IMG/VR virus record: IMGVR_UViG_3300045988_176682
Direction: 5' to 3' (one strand)
Source: a virus
Length of the DNA stretch: 64,000 nucleotides
Every line of letters begins with the position of its first letter. Positions within the stretch are counted from its first letter, which is position 1. The notes under the pieces were generated by a model, which searched no databases, was not told the DNA's origin, and saw only the letters and a program-made list of their open reading frames with translations. The position numbers and the translations under genes are program-made. Shown one piece after another: positions 20,348-29,936 of this stretch.

Positions 20348-20548
20348 TTGACCATGGTTAAAGAAAAAACTTGCCCGATAACAATTTACCCTCCGGAAAC
20401 ACTAAAGAAGAAAATTGAAAACCGGGCAAGAAATCTTCATCGCTCACAAAATGAGGATATTCTTTATTTAATTGAGCGAGGTCTTGAATTGGAAGACCTT
20501 AAGACTGCCAAGATACTGTCTCTGTTGAAAGAGCAGATGCCAGAATAA
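20348..20548 (+). CDS. Ribbon-helix-helix (Arc/CopG-like) DNA-binding protein; opposite-strand moron inside the structural module
   Basis: 66 aa. PITIYPPETLKKKIENRARNLHRSQNEDILYLIERGLE fits a beta-strand plus two helices. RBS AGGAG lies upstream. Confidence 0.55.
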   Translation: MTMVKEKTCPITIYPPETLKKKIENRARNLHRSQNEDILYLIERGLELEDLKTAKILSLLKEQMPE

Positions 20549-20972
20549 ACTGAATAGACCTTACATTAGTCTTAGCAAATGGAGCGACTTCGGTATCTCC
20601 ATTAATAATAAGTGCCCCTATAACTTCTCCGGTTTCATTGGCAACAAGGTCGATTGTTGACATAGGAACAAGGTCTCCGGCAATTTCACTGATAATTTTA
20701 TTATGAATAACTTTTTCAGCATCATTAAAGGTAGCAACACCAATATTAAATTCTATGGTAACGAATTTCTCATCAATATCAGCCCCAAATCCTTGTAAGC
20801 AAATACAGTGGGTCTCTGGCATCTCAGCCAAATCGGCGTGGGCATCGAGGTCGACATAGACTGCCCCATCAACTATTCCGTTCTCAATGAGCTCTTTTAT
20901 CTTTTTATTAATATAACGAATGACCGAAGACCGGACATCCAAATATAAATCGGTCTTTTTTCTATAAATCAT
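20499..20972 (-). CDS. Hypothetical head-tail/tail completion protein
   Basis: 157-aa ORF, ATGA-coupled. Confidence 0.5.
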   Translation of the reverse strand: MIYRKKTDLYLDVRSSVIRYINKKIKELIENGIVDGAVYVDLDAHADLAEMPETHCICLQGFGADIDEKFVTIEFNIGVATFNDAEKVIHNKIISEIAGDLVPMSTIDLVANETGEVIGALIINGDTEVAPFAKTNVRSIQFILASALSTETVSWQS

Positions 20973-21562
20973 TTAGATAATACCTCCCTAATAGTCTGAC
21001 TTGCAGTTCTTTTTAAGTTTCTGTCTGCAAAATATAATAAACTGGGTTCAAACATCGGTCTTACTTCTTCATTAGAAGCAAATACTACAGAATTTCCTAA
21101 TCTTTTCTTAGTTTTTGCGAAAAGCCTGTTATAAATTCTATCCTGTAAATTCATATTTTTAGCTCTTGGATAAGGTGTAATTCTGATTAAAATTACAGTA
21201 TTACCTCCGGCCTCCTTTTTCTCGGTAACAGAAACTTTAGGAGAACCTAAAACTCTGGTCGGGGAAGTATTATATAACCAGGTATCTAAAACTCCTCGAT
21301 AAAACCAAAAATTATTATGTCCTTTTCTTTTAGCATACGCTCTATTTAAAGGAGGCCAATCGGGTACAGTAGTGTATTCGGCAGGAAATCGATTTCGTGA
21401 CCGATTAACGACGTTTTCTGACATAAACTTAAATAATCCTCGGGCTTCCTTTGTTAAGGATTTTTCCAGACGGTTTCTAATGGAAGCTACCTTTCTACCG
21501 GTAACTCCTTCGAGTTTTTTTCCGATAACTTTACTGAAATCTGTTAAACTATAAACCGCCAT
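20969..21562 (-). CDS. Hypothetical head-tail joining protein
   Basis: 197-aa ORF, positional. Confidence 0.5.
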   Translation of the reverse strand: MAVYSLTDFSKVIGKKLEGVTGRKVASIRNRLEKSLTKEARGLFKFMSENVVNRSRNRFPAEYTTVPDWPPLNRAYAKRKGHNNFWFYRGVLDTWLYNTSPTRVLGSPKVSVTEKKEAGGNTVILIRITPYPRAKNMNLQDRIYNRLFAKTKKRLGNSVVFASNEEVRPMFEPSLLYFADRNLKRTASQTIREVLSK

Positions 21563-21573
21563 TATTGGGTTCC

Positions 21574-22107
21574 TTATACATAAGCCATATAAATGCCGAG
21601 GATTTTATATACTTTTTTTACAACAAATTCCTCGCCGAGTAAATCCCCTTCTTTGATTTCTTTTCCGCACAAGAGACGGAATACGGAACCGGGGACTTTA
21701 AGAGAATCTTCATCTTGTCTTACATATTCAGTAACACATCTTAGGAAACCAAGGTCTTCTGGTTCTCCAGGGACCATTCGGAGAGTTACTGGGTCTTCAA
21801 CCAAGGTTTTTCTCTTCCATGAAAGATTTTGGTCTAAAGTAACAAGGCCGAACAAATGAAAATTAGGCTCATAAAAATAACCGTCTTGCATATCAAAGCA
21901 GAGGCCATAAGTACCATTAGGAAGCTTAAAAACATCTCCCTCTTTGACATCTGACTTGTCAGAAACCTTCAAAATACGCCGAGCAGTGATAAAGGTCGTG
22001 GATTTGGTCTGACTGGCCGGAGGGGCATAAATAAACCCCTTAAAACGTCTCCCATCGTCTCGAGTAAAGGTTATTTCAAATCTTTTACCAACGTTTCTTA
22101 ATTCCAT
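21574..22107 (-). CDS. Hypothetical head-tail joining protein
   Basis: 177-aa ORF, positional. Confidence 0.5.
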   Translation of the reverse strand: MELRNVGKRFEITFTRDDGRRFKGFIYAPPASQTKSTTFITARRILKVSDKSDVKEGDVFKLPNGTYGLCFDMQDGYFYEPNFHLFGLVTLDQNLSWKRKTLVEDPVTLRMVPGEPEDLGFLRCVTEYVRQDEDSLKVPGSVFRLLCGKEIKEGDLLGEEFVVKKVYKILGIYMAYV

Positions 22108-22853
22108 TAAGATTCCTCACCAGTAACAGCATCCGGAGACCGGGCACCTAAAGCAAATGGGGTATAGTTATCTACATAAAGTTCGGACTCTCCGGTAATA
22201 TCCTCAAGAATACCTGACAATTCTTCCTCAAGGTCATTTTTAAGTGCATCCCAGTCAACTATCTTAAGATTTCTTAAAAAGGTGTTAGTTCCGCTCTTTT
22301 CAGATTCAGCTACCCGAAGCCGTAAAGAATTAAAGATATTTAAGGCTGCTTGAATAGCGATTGCCCGATTAGCCCGGAAATTAGACTTATTACCAGATTT
22401 TAGAGCCTCAGCGAACTCTTCTCCCAAATTACCGTACATTGTAAGATAGACTTCTGTCATATCTAATTCATCATCAGAGAGTTCTCCATCGTTAATACCA
22501 AAGATATTTCTGACATCCTTCACTGAGGCCGTAAAATATGGCTCTTCAATCAATCGATAGGGTGTTTTTAAGCGGACAGTATTTCCCTTATAAGTAAATA
22601 ATATTACTATATAGCGGTCTTCAAATAAAACCCCCTCCGGGAGAATATTCTGGTCAGCAGAAATAGGAATAGACACCCAATCTTTATGGTCTTCCGGAAC
22701 TTCGAGAGCATCCTCAGAATAGACAACCTCTCCGGAATTTTTCATAATTTTATATGAATATAAGGAGTCATCAGGTACAACAAAATCTCCGTTGCAGATT
22801 AAATTTACCGCAATCTGAGAATCTTCGTTTGAAATAAGATAAGTGTTATTCAT
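22107..22853 (-). CDS. Hypothetical head completion/connector protein
   Basis: 248-aa ORF, ATGA-coupled. Confidence 0.5.
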   Translation of the reverse strand: MNNTYLISNEDSQIAVNLICNGDFVVPDDSLYSYKIMKNSGEVVYSEDALEVPEDHKDWVSIPISADQNILPEGVLFEDRYIVILFTYKGNTVRLKTPYRLIEEPYFTASVKDVRNIFGINDGELSDDELDMTEVYLTMYGNLGEEFAEALKSGNKSNFRANRAIAIQAALNIFNSLRLRVAESEKSGTNTFLRNLKIVDWDALKNDLEEELSGILEDITGESELYVDNYTPFALGARSPDAVTGEES

Positions 22854-22872
22854 GACAACTCCCTATATTTAA

Positions 22873-23319
22873 TTAATTGCCGGCTGGCTGATTTGATTTC
22901 CCAGCTTCCTCGTCACCAGAGGCATTACCGGCAGTGTTACCAGCAGGTTTAGCAGATTTCCCAGCTTCCTCGTCACCAGAGGCATTACCGGCAGTGTTAC
23001 CAGCAGGTTTAGCAGATTTTTCATCTTCCTGATTTTCCAGCAGCAGCTTAGAATTGAGGCTCTTCTCTTTCAAGAATTTAGCAACTGCCTTATTTTTATC
23101 TTTTTCAGAACTGTAGTATTTAACGAAAACTTCATCAGTACAGTTATCTTTCAAAGTTCCAAGAATGTTCAGACGTTTAGCTGAAACTGCGATATTCAAA
23201 CTAACAGACTCTTCCAGTACATAAGGTCTGTCTGGCATAGCCATTTGGCCTTTATGATTCAAATCAAAGAAACAACCGCCGTCTTTTACCTCGACAAGAA
23301 ATTTTGCTCTTTTTTCCAT
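22873..23319 (-). CDS. Hypothetical protein with C-terminal 20-aa tandem repeats
   Basis: 60-bp DNA repeat x2.3 encoding SAKPAGNTAGNASGDEEAGK. Confidence 0.5.
   Translation of the reverse strand: MEKRAKFLVEVKDGGCFFDLNHKGQMAMPDRPYVLEESVSLNIAVSAKRLNILGTLKDNCTDEVFVKYYSSEKDKNKAVAKFLKEKSLNSKLLLENQEDEKSAKPAGNTAGNASGDEEAGKSAKPAGNTAGNASGDEEAGKSNQPAGN
22898..23017. repeat. 60-bp direct tandem repeat (2 full copies plus partial), coding
   Basis: TTCCCAGCTTCCTCGTCACCAGAGGCATTACCGGCAGTGTTACCAGCAGGTTTAGCAGAT repeated. Confidence 0.8.
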
Positions 23320-23345
23320 ATTAAAAACTCCTTAAAATAAAGGCC

Positions 23346-23376
23346 ACCACCTATAAAGTGGTGGCCTGTTTAGCCT
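23346..23376 (-). terminator. Intrinsic terminator downstream of the major capsid gene
   Basis: GGCCACCAC(CTATAAA)GTGGTGGCC hairpin with a T-rich tract on the minus strand. Confidence 0.6.
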
Positions 23377-23386
23377 TTATAGGGAA

Positions 23387-24592
23387 TTAACCCTTATTAG
23401 CGGTCGTGTAGATAGAACGAGTATCACCGAAGACCAATTTATAACCGGTGGTTTCAGTTTTTACATACGTTACTCTCTGTTCACGGATTGCAGTTTCAGA
23501 TTCTTGAATCTGAGAACCTTCCTCAACCAATTCCTGCAAGGTTTCAGCTTTAGAGAAACCCAGCAACTGTTTGTCCGGCATAGCCGAAGAAACAGCGAAT
23601 TTAATCGGAACAAACAATCCCGGAATAGAGGCAGTCAGAGACGGACCACCTGCGGCAGCAACGGCCTCGGCTTCTGATTTGTTTCCACTCAAAGTCGGTG
23701 TAAACAGCATCATGTACATCAGATAGGTATCGTAGTTACCAACGATGGTATCAATCGGAGTACCTTTCTTAGCCATAGACAGCAACCATTTCAAGAAAGA
23801 AGCATAATCAATCTTGTTCGGGGTATTGGTAGCCGAAGAATTGTCTTCTTTCATCAAATCTGCCTGATAAACAACCGGAGCGGCTTTCTGAACAGAATCA
23901 CCGTTAACCAGAATAGATGTAGCAGCAGCAACCTTAGACAGTTCCAGACGACGATTAATACGAGCGACATACGGTGTCAAAATATCAATCGAAGCTCTGC
24001 GGTCGAACTCATAAGTGAACTCATAACCGGAACCATGTTTGAACCAACGGACAGCCTGTTCGGTCGTCTTAATTTTGCGGATAGGAATACGAGCTCCTTC
24101 TGCAATGGTCCAGGTACCTTCAGCATCTTCATCAGATTCTGCAACGATTGAAATCATTTCGATACCGCTGACAGTACGAGAGCTGCCTACGAGGTCAGAA
24201 ACTTTTTCAATCTGGTCCTGACGGGTAGAGAAGCGAAGAACTTCATCCATAACCGGCTGGAACAGCAAACGAGTACCCGGGTAAGACTTAAAGGTCTCAC
24301 CGGCCTGGGCCAACATGATGCTGTTAGCAAAGTCATTTTTAGTCGGCAAGGACAAGAAAGCCAAAGCGGCCTCATAGCCATCCATGCCGACTTCACGATA
24401 AGCCTTTCCGTCTTCGTCGTTCAGGTCAACGGCCAGTTTCAAGAAGTTAGGAATAGAAATACCATATTCTTTAACTTCGTTCAGCAGCATTTCTGCGGCA
24501 TTACGAGAAGCTTCCGGAGACTTAGAAACAAGGTCACCTAAGAGAACTTTCAGGCCTCTTTTATTCTTGGATAATTCAAGTAAAGATTTCAT
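23387..24592 (-). CDS. Major capsid protein (lambda gpE-like)
   Basis: 401 aa at the position after the decoration gene, followed by a strong terminator. Confidence 0.65.
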   Translation of the reverse strand: MKSLLELSKNKRGLKVLLGDLVSKSPEASRNAAEMLLNEVKEYGISIPNFLKLAVDLNDEDGKAYREVGMDGYEAALAFLSLPTKNDFANSIMLAQAGETFKSYPGTRLLFQPVMDEVLRFSTRQDQIEKVSDLVGSSRTVSGIEMISIVAESDEDAEGTWTIAEGARIPIRKIKTTEQAVRWFKHGSGYEFTYEFDRRASIDILTPYVARINRRLELSKVAAATSILVNGDSVQKAAPVVYQADLMKEDNSSATNTPNKIDYASFLKWLLSMAKKGTPIDTIVGNYDTYLMYMMLFTPTLSGNKSEAEAVAAAGGPSLTASIPGLFVPIKFAVSSAMPDKQLLGFSKAETLQELVEEGSQIQESETAIREQRVTYVKTETTGYKLVFGDTRSIYTTANKG

Positions 24593-24608
24593 TTCTTATT
24601 CCTTCCTC

Positions 24609-25040
24609 TTACGCAACAATACGAGCAACGACATAATCGCTGCCTTTTTCAACAATGTAGGTTTCGTTAACAGCAGCTGCTGTATCAGCCATTGCTTTCT
24701 TAACTTCACCGCTTCCGGCACCTACGATAGAATCACCGATAGCTGCTGCATCACTTGCTTTCAAGGGGAATTTAAACCATCCTCTTGTATATACAGTACC
24801 AACAACAACACCTTCGGCCTCCCGGATTTCTACCTTATCAAGATAACCGCGGATAGCATCTCCGTCCCCAGCCAATTTCATGGTGTTGGGAGCAGAAGCA
24901 TCTACAGCCAGGGCTTTACCCTCATCTTTTTCGGTAATACCGGAAGCCAGATTAACAGTTACGGCATCACTGGATACTTCGAGACCCAGTAAAGTTACAC
25001 CCTGTCCAATTTGACTAGCCATATCTTTATTTCCTTCCAA
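24609..25040 (-). CDS. Head decoration protein (gpD-like)
   Basis: 143-aa Ala/Gly/Val-rich beta protein between the scaffold and capsid genes. Confidence 0.45.
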   Translation of the reverse strand: MEGNKDMASQIGQGVTLLGLEVSSDAVTVNLASGITEKDEGKALAVDASAPNTMKLAGDGDAIRGYLDKVEIREAEGVVVGTVYTRGWFKFPLKASDAAAIGDSIVGAGSGEVKKAMADTAAAVNETYIVEKGSDYVVARIVA

Positions 25041-25041
25041 A

Positions 25042-26271
25042 TTAGTTTTTTAATCTCAAAGCTGCCAACTGATTAGCCGTATATTTACAACCATCATTAT
25101 CTTTGGCATTACTATCTGCTGCGTTAGCAACCCCACCAACGGGGATACTTGCGGCCAGCGTTAATTTACCACTCTCCAAAGCATCTTTCATACTCTGGAA
25201 ATTAGCATCTTCCGGCAATTTTTCTTTTCCGGAAGCAACTAATACTTTATTTACCTCGTCCAACATAAATTTCTTCATGTCTGCAAGTTCGGCTGCAACA
25301 GCCTCACTGGCATCAGGAGCGGGGTTAGCTTCCTCTTCGGAACCTTTCGGTTCTTCTTCGGCAGCTGGCTCGGCAGCGGGAGCGGGTTCTTCAGCAGGAG
25401 CGGCTTCTGCTTCGGGCTCTTCGGCAGCGGGAGCGGGTTCTTCTTTCTTAGCCAGTTCTTCGAAACGACCCTCAACTTTCTCTTCGAATTTTTGAAGGTT
25501 TTCGGACAACTCGGCTAATTTAGCGAGAATTTCATCCATATTTTTTTCCTCTTCATCAGTTAATTTACCGTTAATATGCAAATTAATTGCCTGTTGTTCC
25601 AACTCGGACAAAGAGGCTTTAACTTGCTTACTGTTAGCAGCTAAGGAAAGCTGCTTAGTCTTGTCAAGAATCTTTGCATGGCGAGCAGCACCTCGGTTGA
25701 CAAGAGAAACTTCATATAATTTTTCAACTCCGATAATATTCAAATGAGCGCCGTCTTTACCAAACTTAGCATCACAATGAGGACAAGTACCGGTAAGAGA
25801 GGCAAGCCAACGGAGACCATCATCGGCTTCAAGGAAATCTTTCTGGCATTCAGAACAAATTAATTTCTTTCCTGAGAAGCCAATCGAAACTTCATCAATA
25901 ATTCCGGCATCCAACTTACTGATAATCTCTGGGTGTTCGGTGCTGACAATGAATGTAGCATACAGGGCTCTTGCACCAGTATCCATTTCATCAACAGCCT
26001 TAGCAACGATAATTCTCCCCGTCGGGAGTTCTCTGTCATCGTGCATTACTTGAATAGTAGTATTCCGGAGAGGGTCATTCATAAGAATTTCCAGTTCGGA
26101 AATCGTAGAAGCAGAAACCTGAGCTTTGTCATACATAGAGTTTTGGCTAAGAGGTTCCGTAGAAACTACCCGAGCCTGATAAGCAACAAATTTAGAAAGG
26201 TCAACGCCCTCTCCGCATTTTGCTTCAATCTGCTGTTTTAATCTCTCATCAATTTCTATTCTTTTCGCCAT
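25042..26271 (-). CDS. Capsid maturation protease / scaffolding protein (C/Nu3-like nested arrangement)
   Basis: N-terminal globular domain with CxxC...CxxC zinc ribbon. C-terminal coiled coil plus acidic EEPAPAA repeats. Confidence 0.45.
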   Translation of the reverse strand: MAKRIEIDERLKQQIEAKCGEGVDLSKFVAYQARVVSTEPLSQNSMYDKAQVSASTISELEILMNDPLRNTTIQVMHDDRELPTGRIIVAKAVDEMDTGARALYATFIVSTEHPEIISKLDAGIIDEVSIGFSGKKLICSECQKDFLEADDGLRWLASLTGTCPHCDAKFGKDGAHLNIIGVEKLYEVSLVNRGAARHAKILDKTKQLSLAANSKQVKASLSELEQQAINLHINGKLTDEEEKNMDEILAKLAELSENLQKFEEKVEGRFEELAKKEEPAPAAEEPEAEAAPAEEPAPAAEPAAEEEPKGSEEEANPAPDASEAVAAELADMKKFMLDEVNKVLVASGKEKLPEDANFQSMKDALESGKLTLAASIPVGGVANAADSNAKDNDGCKYTANQLAALRLKN

Positions 26272-26341
26272 GTCTATACCTTTGTTTTGTATAAATAAAG
26301 ATTAACCTCTACAAATCTCATTTTCAATAGTTTATTTCAAA

Positions 26342-27850
26342 CTATTTATTCAAATTCTTCCCTTTTTCTCTTGGTGTCGTCGTTTTTGTCGTATTTGACC
26401 GGGCAGAATCATTATCATCCGGGGTTATTGCTCTTCCAAGAGGGTCACTGTTTGACGACACGTCAGCCGTATTAACTTGATTAGACCGGAAGTTAGTTCC
26501 CGACAATTTTGGATAATTCCAGAGAGGAATACGCCCATTATTAAGGATATGGTATTCTTCATCTGAGATTGTCCCTAAGGACAATTCTTCCATAAGACGA
26601 GACTGGCGCATAACCTTCTGGGCCTCCAGCTCAATCTCGGGCTTCAATTCCACGGGTCTGGATTGAATCTCTACATTTCCGTCAAATCCCTGTAATCTCA
26701 TGGCCAAAGTCAAAGCCTCTGATAAAATATAATCGATAGGCTTATTAATTTGGTCGGCGTTCTTTGCGAAGACTTGAGCCTCTACAGAAGCGGTATTTAC
26801 ACCCGAAGAACCGCGGCCTAATACAGATGATACGGACTTGAGGGCAGCCTGGTTCTGCGCATTAAGGGTCTCAACGACCTCTGATATTTGCAAAGTAACG
26901 CCGGCAGCTTTATCATTAATTATTTTTACTGACATTGAATCAGTATGAGCTACAGGCTGGTCAGCAGCTACGCTAGTGAAGATGTTAGCTGCGGAAGCAA
27001 CGAGATTAGATACCCATTCTTTTACTTTTGCTGGGTCATCTTTTATTGCGGCCGGGACATTTTTAAGGGCAACTTCTTCCATGACCGTAATATCAATCCT
27101 TGGATACCCGGTGATTTTCATAATTCGATAGAGGTCATTAATAACCTGTTGTCTGGCAGCAATCGTATTAATTGCACTTACAAAATATGAATATGTGTAA
27201 GGAGATGTCGGGTCTCTACGAAAAGAGGCCGTAAAAAATGTCGGAATATCGAGACTGATTTTTTCTCCGGATTCAGTTGTTTCCAGCTGGGGTTTATATT
27301 CCCCGGCCTTTTTCTCATACCATTTTACATAATACATATCTACGTTGCGGAGCTCGGAGGGCTGCATTAATTTATCAACCACGAGCTCCACACCGATAGA
27401 CCCACGGAGAAGTAGCATGTATTTTAAATTGGCTCTTATTTCATTAAGAGAAGCTTTATACTGATAACCTAAAGTATAATCATTACGACGGGTTATCTGG
27501 TCGAGAATGGAAAATAATTGTTTTGTACCGTCCTGGCTTAACTCCCCATTACCGTCTCTGACAATATAAACCAAATCAGTGTCAGACATGGTAAGATAAG
27601 CGTTAACCGCCGCGGAGCAGTCCGGGTCGGTACGAAAGAGGTCTTTCAATAATGTCTGACTGTTTGAGGAATGCCGGCTGGTATAGATGTCGGTTAAATG
27701 CTCGTAATAATTTGGAGCTGAAAGAACTTCCGTATTACCTGCCTTATAAGTATCGGTAACGGATGTTCCCCCGGCCTTAGCCGACTTGGTGGGTAATATG
27801 TAGCTAAAAAGTTTGCTGCTTGAAGAAGCTAATCTTGCAATGATACCCAT
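26342..27850 (-). CDS. Portal protein
   Basis: 502 aa immediately downstream of the large terminase gene. Confidence 0.65.
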   Translation of the reverse strand: MGIIARLASSSSKLFSYILPTKSAKAGGTSVTDTYKAGNTEVLSAPNYYEHLTDIYTSRHSSNSQTLLKDLFRTDPDCSAAVNAYLTMSDTDLVYIVRDGNGELSQDGTKQLFSILDQITRRNDYTLGYQYKASLNEIRANLKYMLLLRGSIGVELVVDKLMQPSELRNVDMYYVKWYEKKAGEYKPQLETTESGEKISLDIPTFFTASFRRDPTSPYTYSYFVSAINTIAARQQVINDLYRIMKITGYPRIDITVMEEVALKNVPAAIKDDPAKVKEWVSNLVASAANIFTSVAADQPVAHTDSMSVKIINDKAAGVTLQISEVVETLNAQNQAALKSVSSVLGRGSSGVNTASVEAQVFAKNADQINKPIDYILSEALTLAMRLQGFDGNVEIQSRPVELKPEIELEAQKVMRQSRLMEELSLGTISDEEYHILNNGRIPLWNYPKLSGTNFRSNQVNTADVSSNSDPLGRAITPDDNDSARSNTTKTTTPREKGKNLNK

Positions 27851-27859
27851 ACCTTTGCC

Positions 27860-29629
27860 TTAAAATAAACGATTTTCTCTTGAACTACTATATCCAATTA
27901 AATTTATATTGTCTATAACATTTTTAGATTTATCTTTCAAGGAGTTAGTAGGAACCGCAGTAATCAGACACTCTCTCGTTTCTCCTTTAGCTTCGCCTAA
28001 ACCTTCAACATAATAGATTTTTTCAGCTACCATAGCGTAAGCAGAAGCATGAAAAAAGTGGTCGGTACCGTTTATTTTTCTCCACTCCGGAGCTTTTCCG
28101 GCCTCATCATCTCTAATCATATCGCGGAAATGGAGGATAAGGGTGTCCAAAAGGTCTCCATAACCATAAAGAGACAATTTTTCTTGTGATATACCATCCA
28201 TCACGCGGTCGAGAGCAGCTGTGCGGCTTATGGTATAATAAATTACCTTCCCATCAATATCTTTCTTAGGCTCGGCATCTCGGAACCCGGCATAAATTAC
28301 AGGCATAATTTTACCATTGGACTCCTCAAAAATTTCGTCGGAAAGAGATGTATAAGGGTATCGGTCGATTGCTCCGGCAATAATTCGATACTTATCTTGG
28401 AAATATTTTATTCTTTCTTTTAACTTTTTATAATGTACCTGCTCGAATTTAACAAGAGCCCCTTCAACATATAAAGCAATATGGCAGACTAATCCCACGT
28501 CAATACCAATAAACATAGGCTTGTCTTTGGAAATGTCCGGAGTATTAGGAGATTGTGCCGCCTTACGGATTTTGAACTCTTCCATTCTAGAATTTCCACT
28601 CTCATAATCTTCTCCCAATACAGTATTAAATCCTCGACGGACTTTTCCCTTTTTAATATAATCAGCCATAGTCATAACAAGGTATTTAATGCTGAGAAGG
28701 GGGGAAGAGAAAGGACGAACCTGATAACCTCGGGAATGAAGACGACTTGGATACTTAGGAACCCATTCTCTTCGACTGTCATCATTCAAATCCAAAGGCT
28801 TGCCACACTTGGTACATCTTACATAAGCGGAATCAAGGTCGAGACCAACCGCTATTTTGGCATCAATATCGGTTATAACATTAATTTCTTTAGGCAAATC
28901 AGGAATACAAACACTGTTTAAGTCATATAGCGGAACCTGCTGATGATTACAATGAGGGCATTTATAGAAATACTCATGCTGGTCAGACCCCTCATACTCC
29001 AAGGACACCCCATAACCGGTAAAGGTTGGGGTACTGAACATTTGCTTTATCTTAAAATCAGAGTGTTGGTAGCGGGAATTAAACAGAGCAATGATTTCCA
29101 TATCTGACAAATCAAGCTCATCGTTAATAATCATATCGACCGGGGTGGACGTAGCGTCAGCTTCACTGTTACCGGCAATATAAAGAAAGGAATCTCCCAG
29201 CTGCATAATGGAATTATTACGGACTTCCTTTCCCTCTTTTCCGCCAAACTTAGGAAAATCTCTATCGAGGATGGGTCTGATACGAGTCTTACTGTTTCGG
29301 TCTCTCATCTCGGTAGTTGGGAAAGAATACAAGGCATTAGTTCCCGGGTTTTGTATCAAGAAGCCAAGGGTTTTTCGAATTTGTCCCTCGGTAAGACCAA
29401 CTTGGGATAGCTTTTTACAGCAAAGATTGGGGTGCATGTCGTCCAATATCTGTCTCTGGAACTCGTGTCTCTTAAAAGAAAAAGGCTGTCCTTTTAATGT
29501 GGTATTATTACAAATCCATTCGGCCATGGATGTATCTTTATTAATGGACTCGATTTTTTCAACAATGCTTTTTATGTAGGGGTTAGTATTCCAATCCATA
29601 TCGGTCTCCTTGCTTAAGAGATAAATCAA
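27860..29629 (-). CDS. Terminase large subunit (GpA-like)
   Basis: 589 aa. Internal CPHC...CTKC zinc-finger-like motif typical of GpA-family terminases. First gene of the late arm. Confidence 0.75.
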   Translation of the reverse strand: MIYLLSKETDMDWNTNPYIKSIVEKIESINKDTSMAEWICNNTTLKGQPFSFKRHEFQRQILDDMHPNLCCKKLSQVGLTEGQIRKTLGFLIQNPGTNALYSFPTTEMRDRNSKTRIRPILDRDFPKFGGKEGKEVRNNSIMQLGDSFLYIAGNSEADATSTPVDMIINDELDLSDMEIIALFNSRYQHSDFKIKQMFSTPTFTGYGVSLEYEGSDQHEYFYKCPHCNHQQVPLYDLNSVCIPDLPKEINVITDIDAKIAVGLDLDSAYVRCTKCGKPLDLNDDSRREWVPKYPSRLHSRGYQVRPFSSPLLSIKYLVMTMADYIKKGKVRRGFNTVLGEDYESGNSRMEEFKIRKAAQSPNTPDISKDKPMFIGIDVGLVCHIALYVEGALVKFEQVHYKKLKERIKYFQDKYRIIAGAIDRYPYTSLSDEIFEESNGKIMPVIYAGFRDAEPKKDIDGKVIYYTISRTAALDRVMDGISQEKLSLYGYGDLLDTLILHFRDMIRDDEAGKAPEWRKINGTDHFFHASAYAMVAEKIYYVEGLGEAKGETRECLITAVPTNSLKDKSKNVIDNINLIGYSSSRENRLF

Positions 29630-29653
29630 AAAAAATATTTTTACAAGAAAAAC

Positions 29654-29682
29654 TTGACATAATAAGACAAATGTGATTATAT
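29654..29682 (+). promoter_or_regulatory. Sigma70-like promoter (TTGACA-17-TTATAT)
   Basis: Near-consensus -35 and -10 hexamers with 17-nt spacing. Confidence 0.4.
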
Positions 29683-29779
29683 GAGACTGTTCTTAAGTTA
29701 AAGCATTATAAAAATGTGAACACTCTATTTGTTCCTGCCGATTGAAAATCCTCTCTTTTTAGGGAGGATTTTTTATGTA

Positions 29780-29808
29780 TTGACAAATAGAGAAAAATGA
29801 CATAAACT
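29780..29808 (+). promoter_or_regulatory. Sigma70-like promoter (TTGACA-17-TAAACT) overlapping a 10-bp inverted-repeat arm
   Basis: -35 TTGACA at 29780-29785. IR CTCTATTTGT (29723-29732) / ACAAATAGAG (29783-29792). Confidence 0.4.
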
Positions 29809-29814
29809 AAACCT

Positions 29815-29935
29815 GTGATTTGTAAAGCTCCGCACAGGTTTTTACAAAGGTCCTAAAAGTCCTTATTTAGTTCCTAAACTACATTGATGATTCTTTCGTG
29901 ATTGAAGCCTCCGTCCCCTAAACGGAGGTTTTTTT
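29815..29935 (+). ncRNA. Candidate small RNA / leader transcript (promoter at 29780 to terminator at 29935)
   Basis: About 120 nt bounded by a sigma70-like promoter and an intrinsic terminator. 5' hairpin CCTGTG...CACAGG. No ORF. Confidence 0.3.
29908..29935 (+). terminator. Intrinsic terminator in the divergent control region
   Basis: CCTCCGT(CCCCTAA)ACGGAGG followed by T7. Confidence 0.55.
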
Positions 29936-29936
29936 A

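Noticed and set aside
25103-25495. 130-aa plus-strand ORF (Ala/Ser-rich) antisense to the scaffold gene
   Set aside because: Mirror-frame artefact of the GC-rich Ala/Pro/Glu repeat region of the minus-strand gene.
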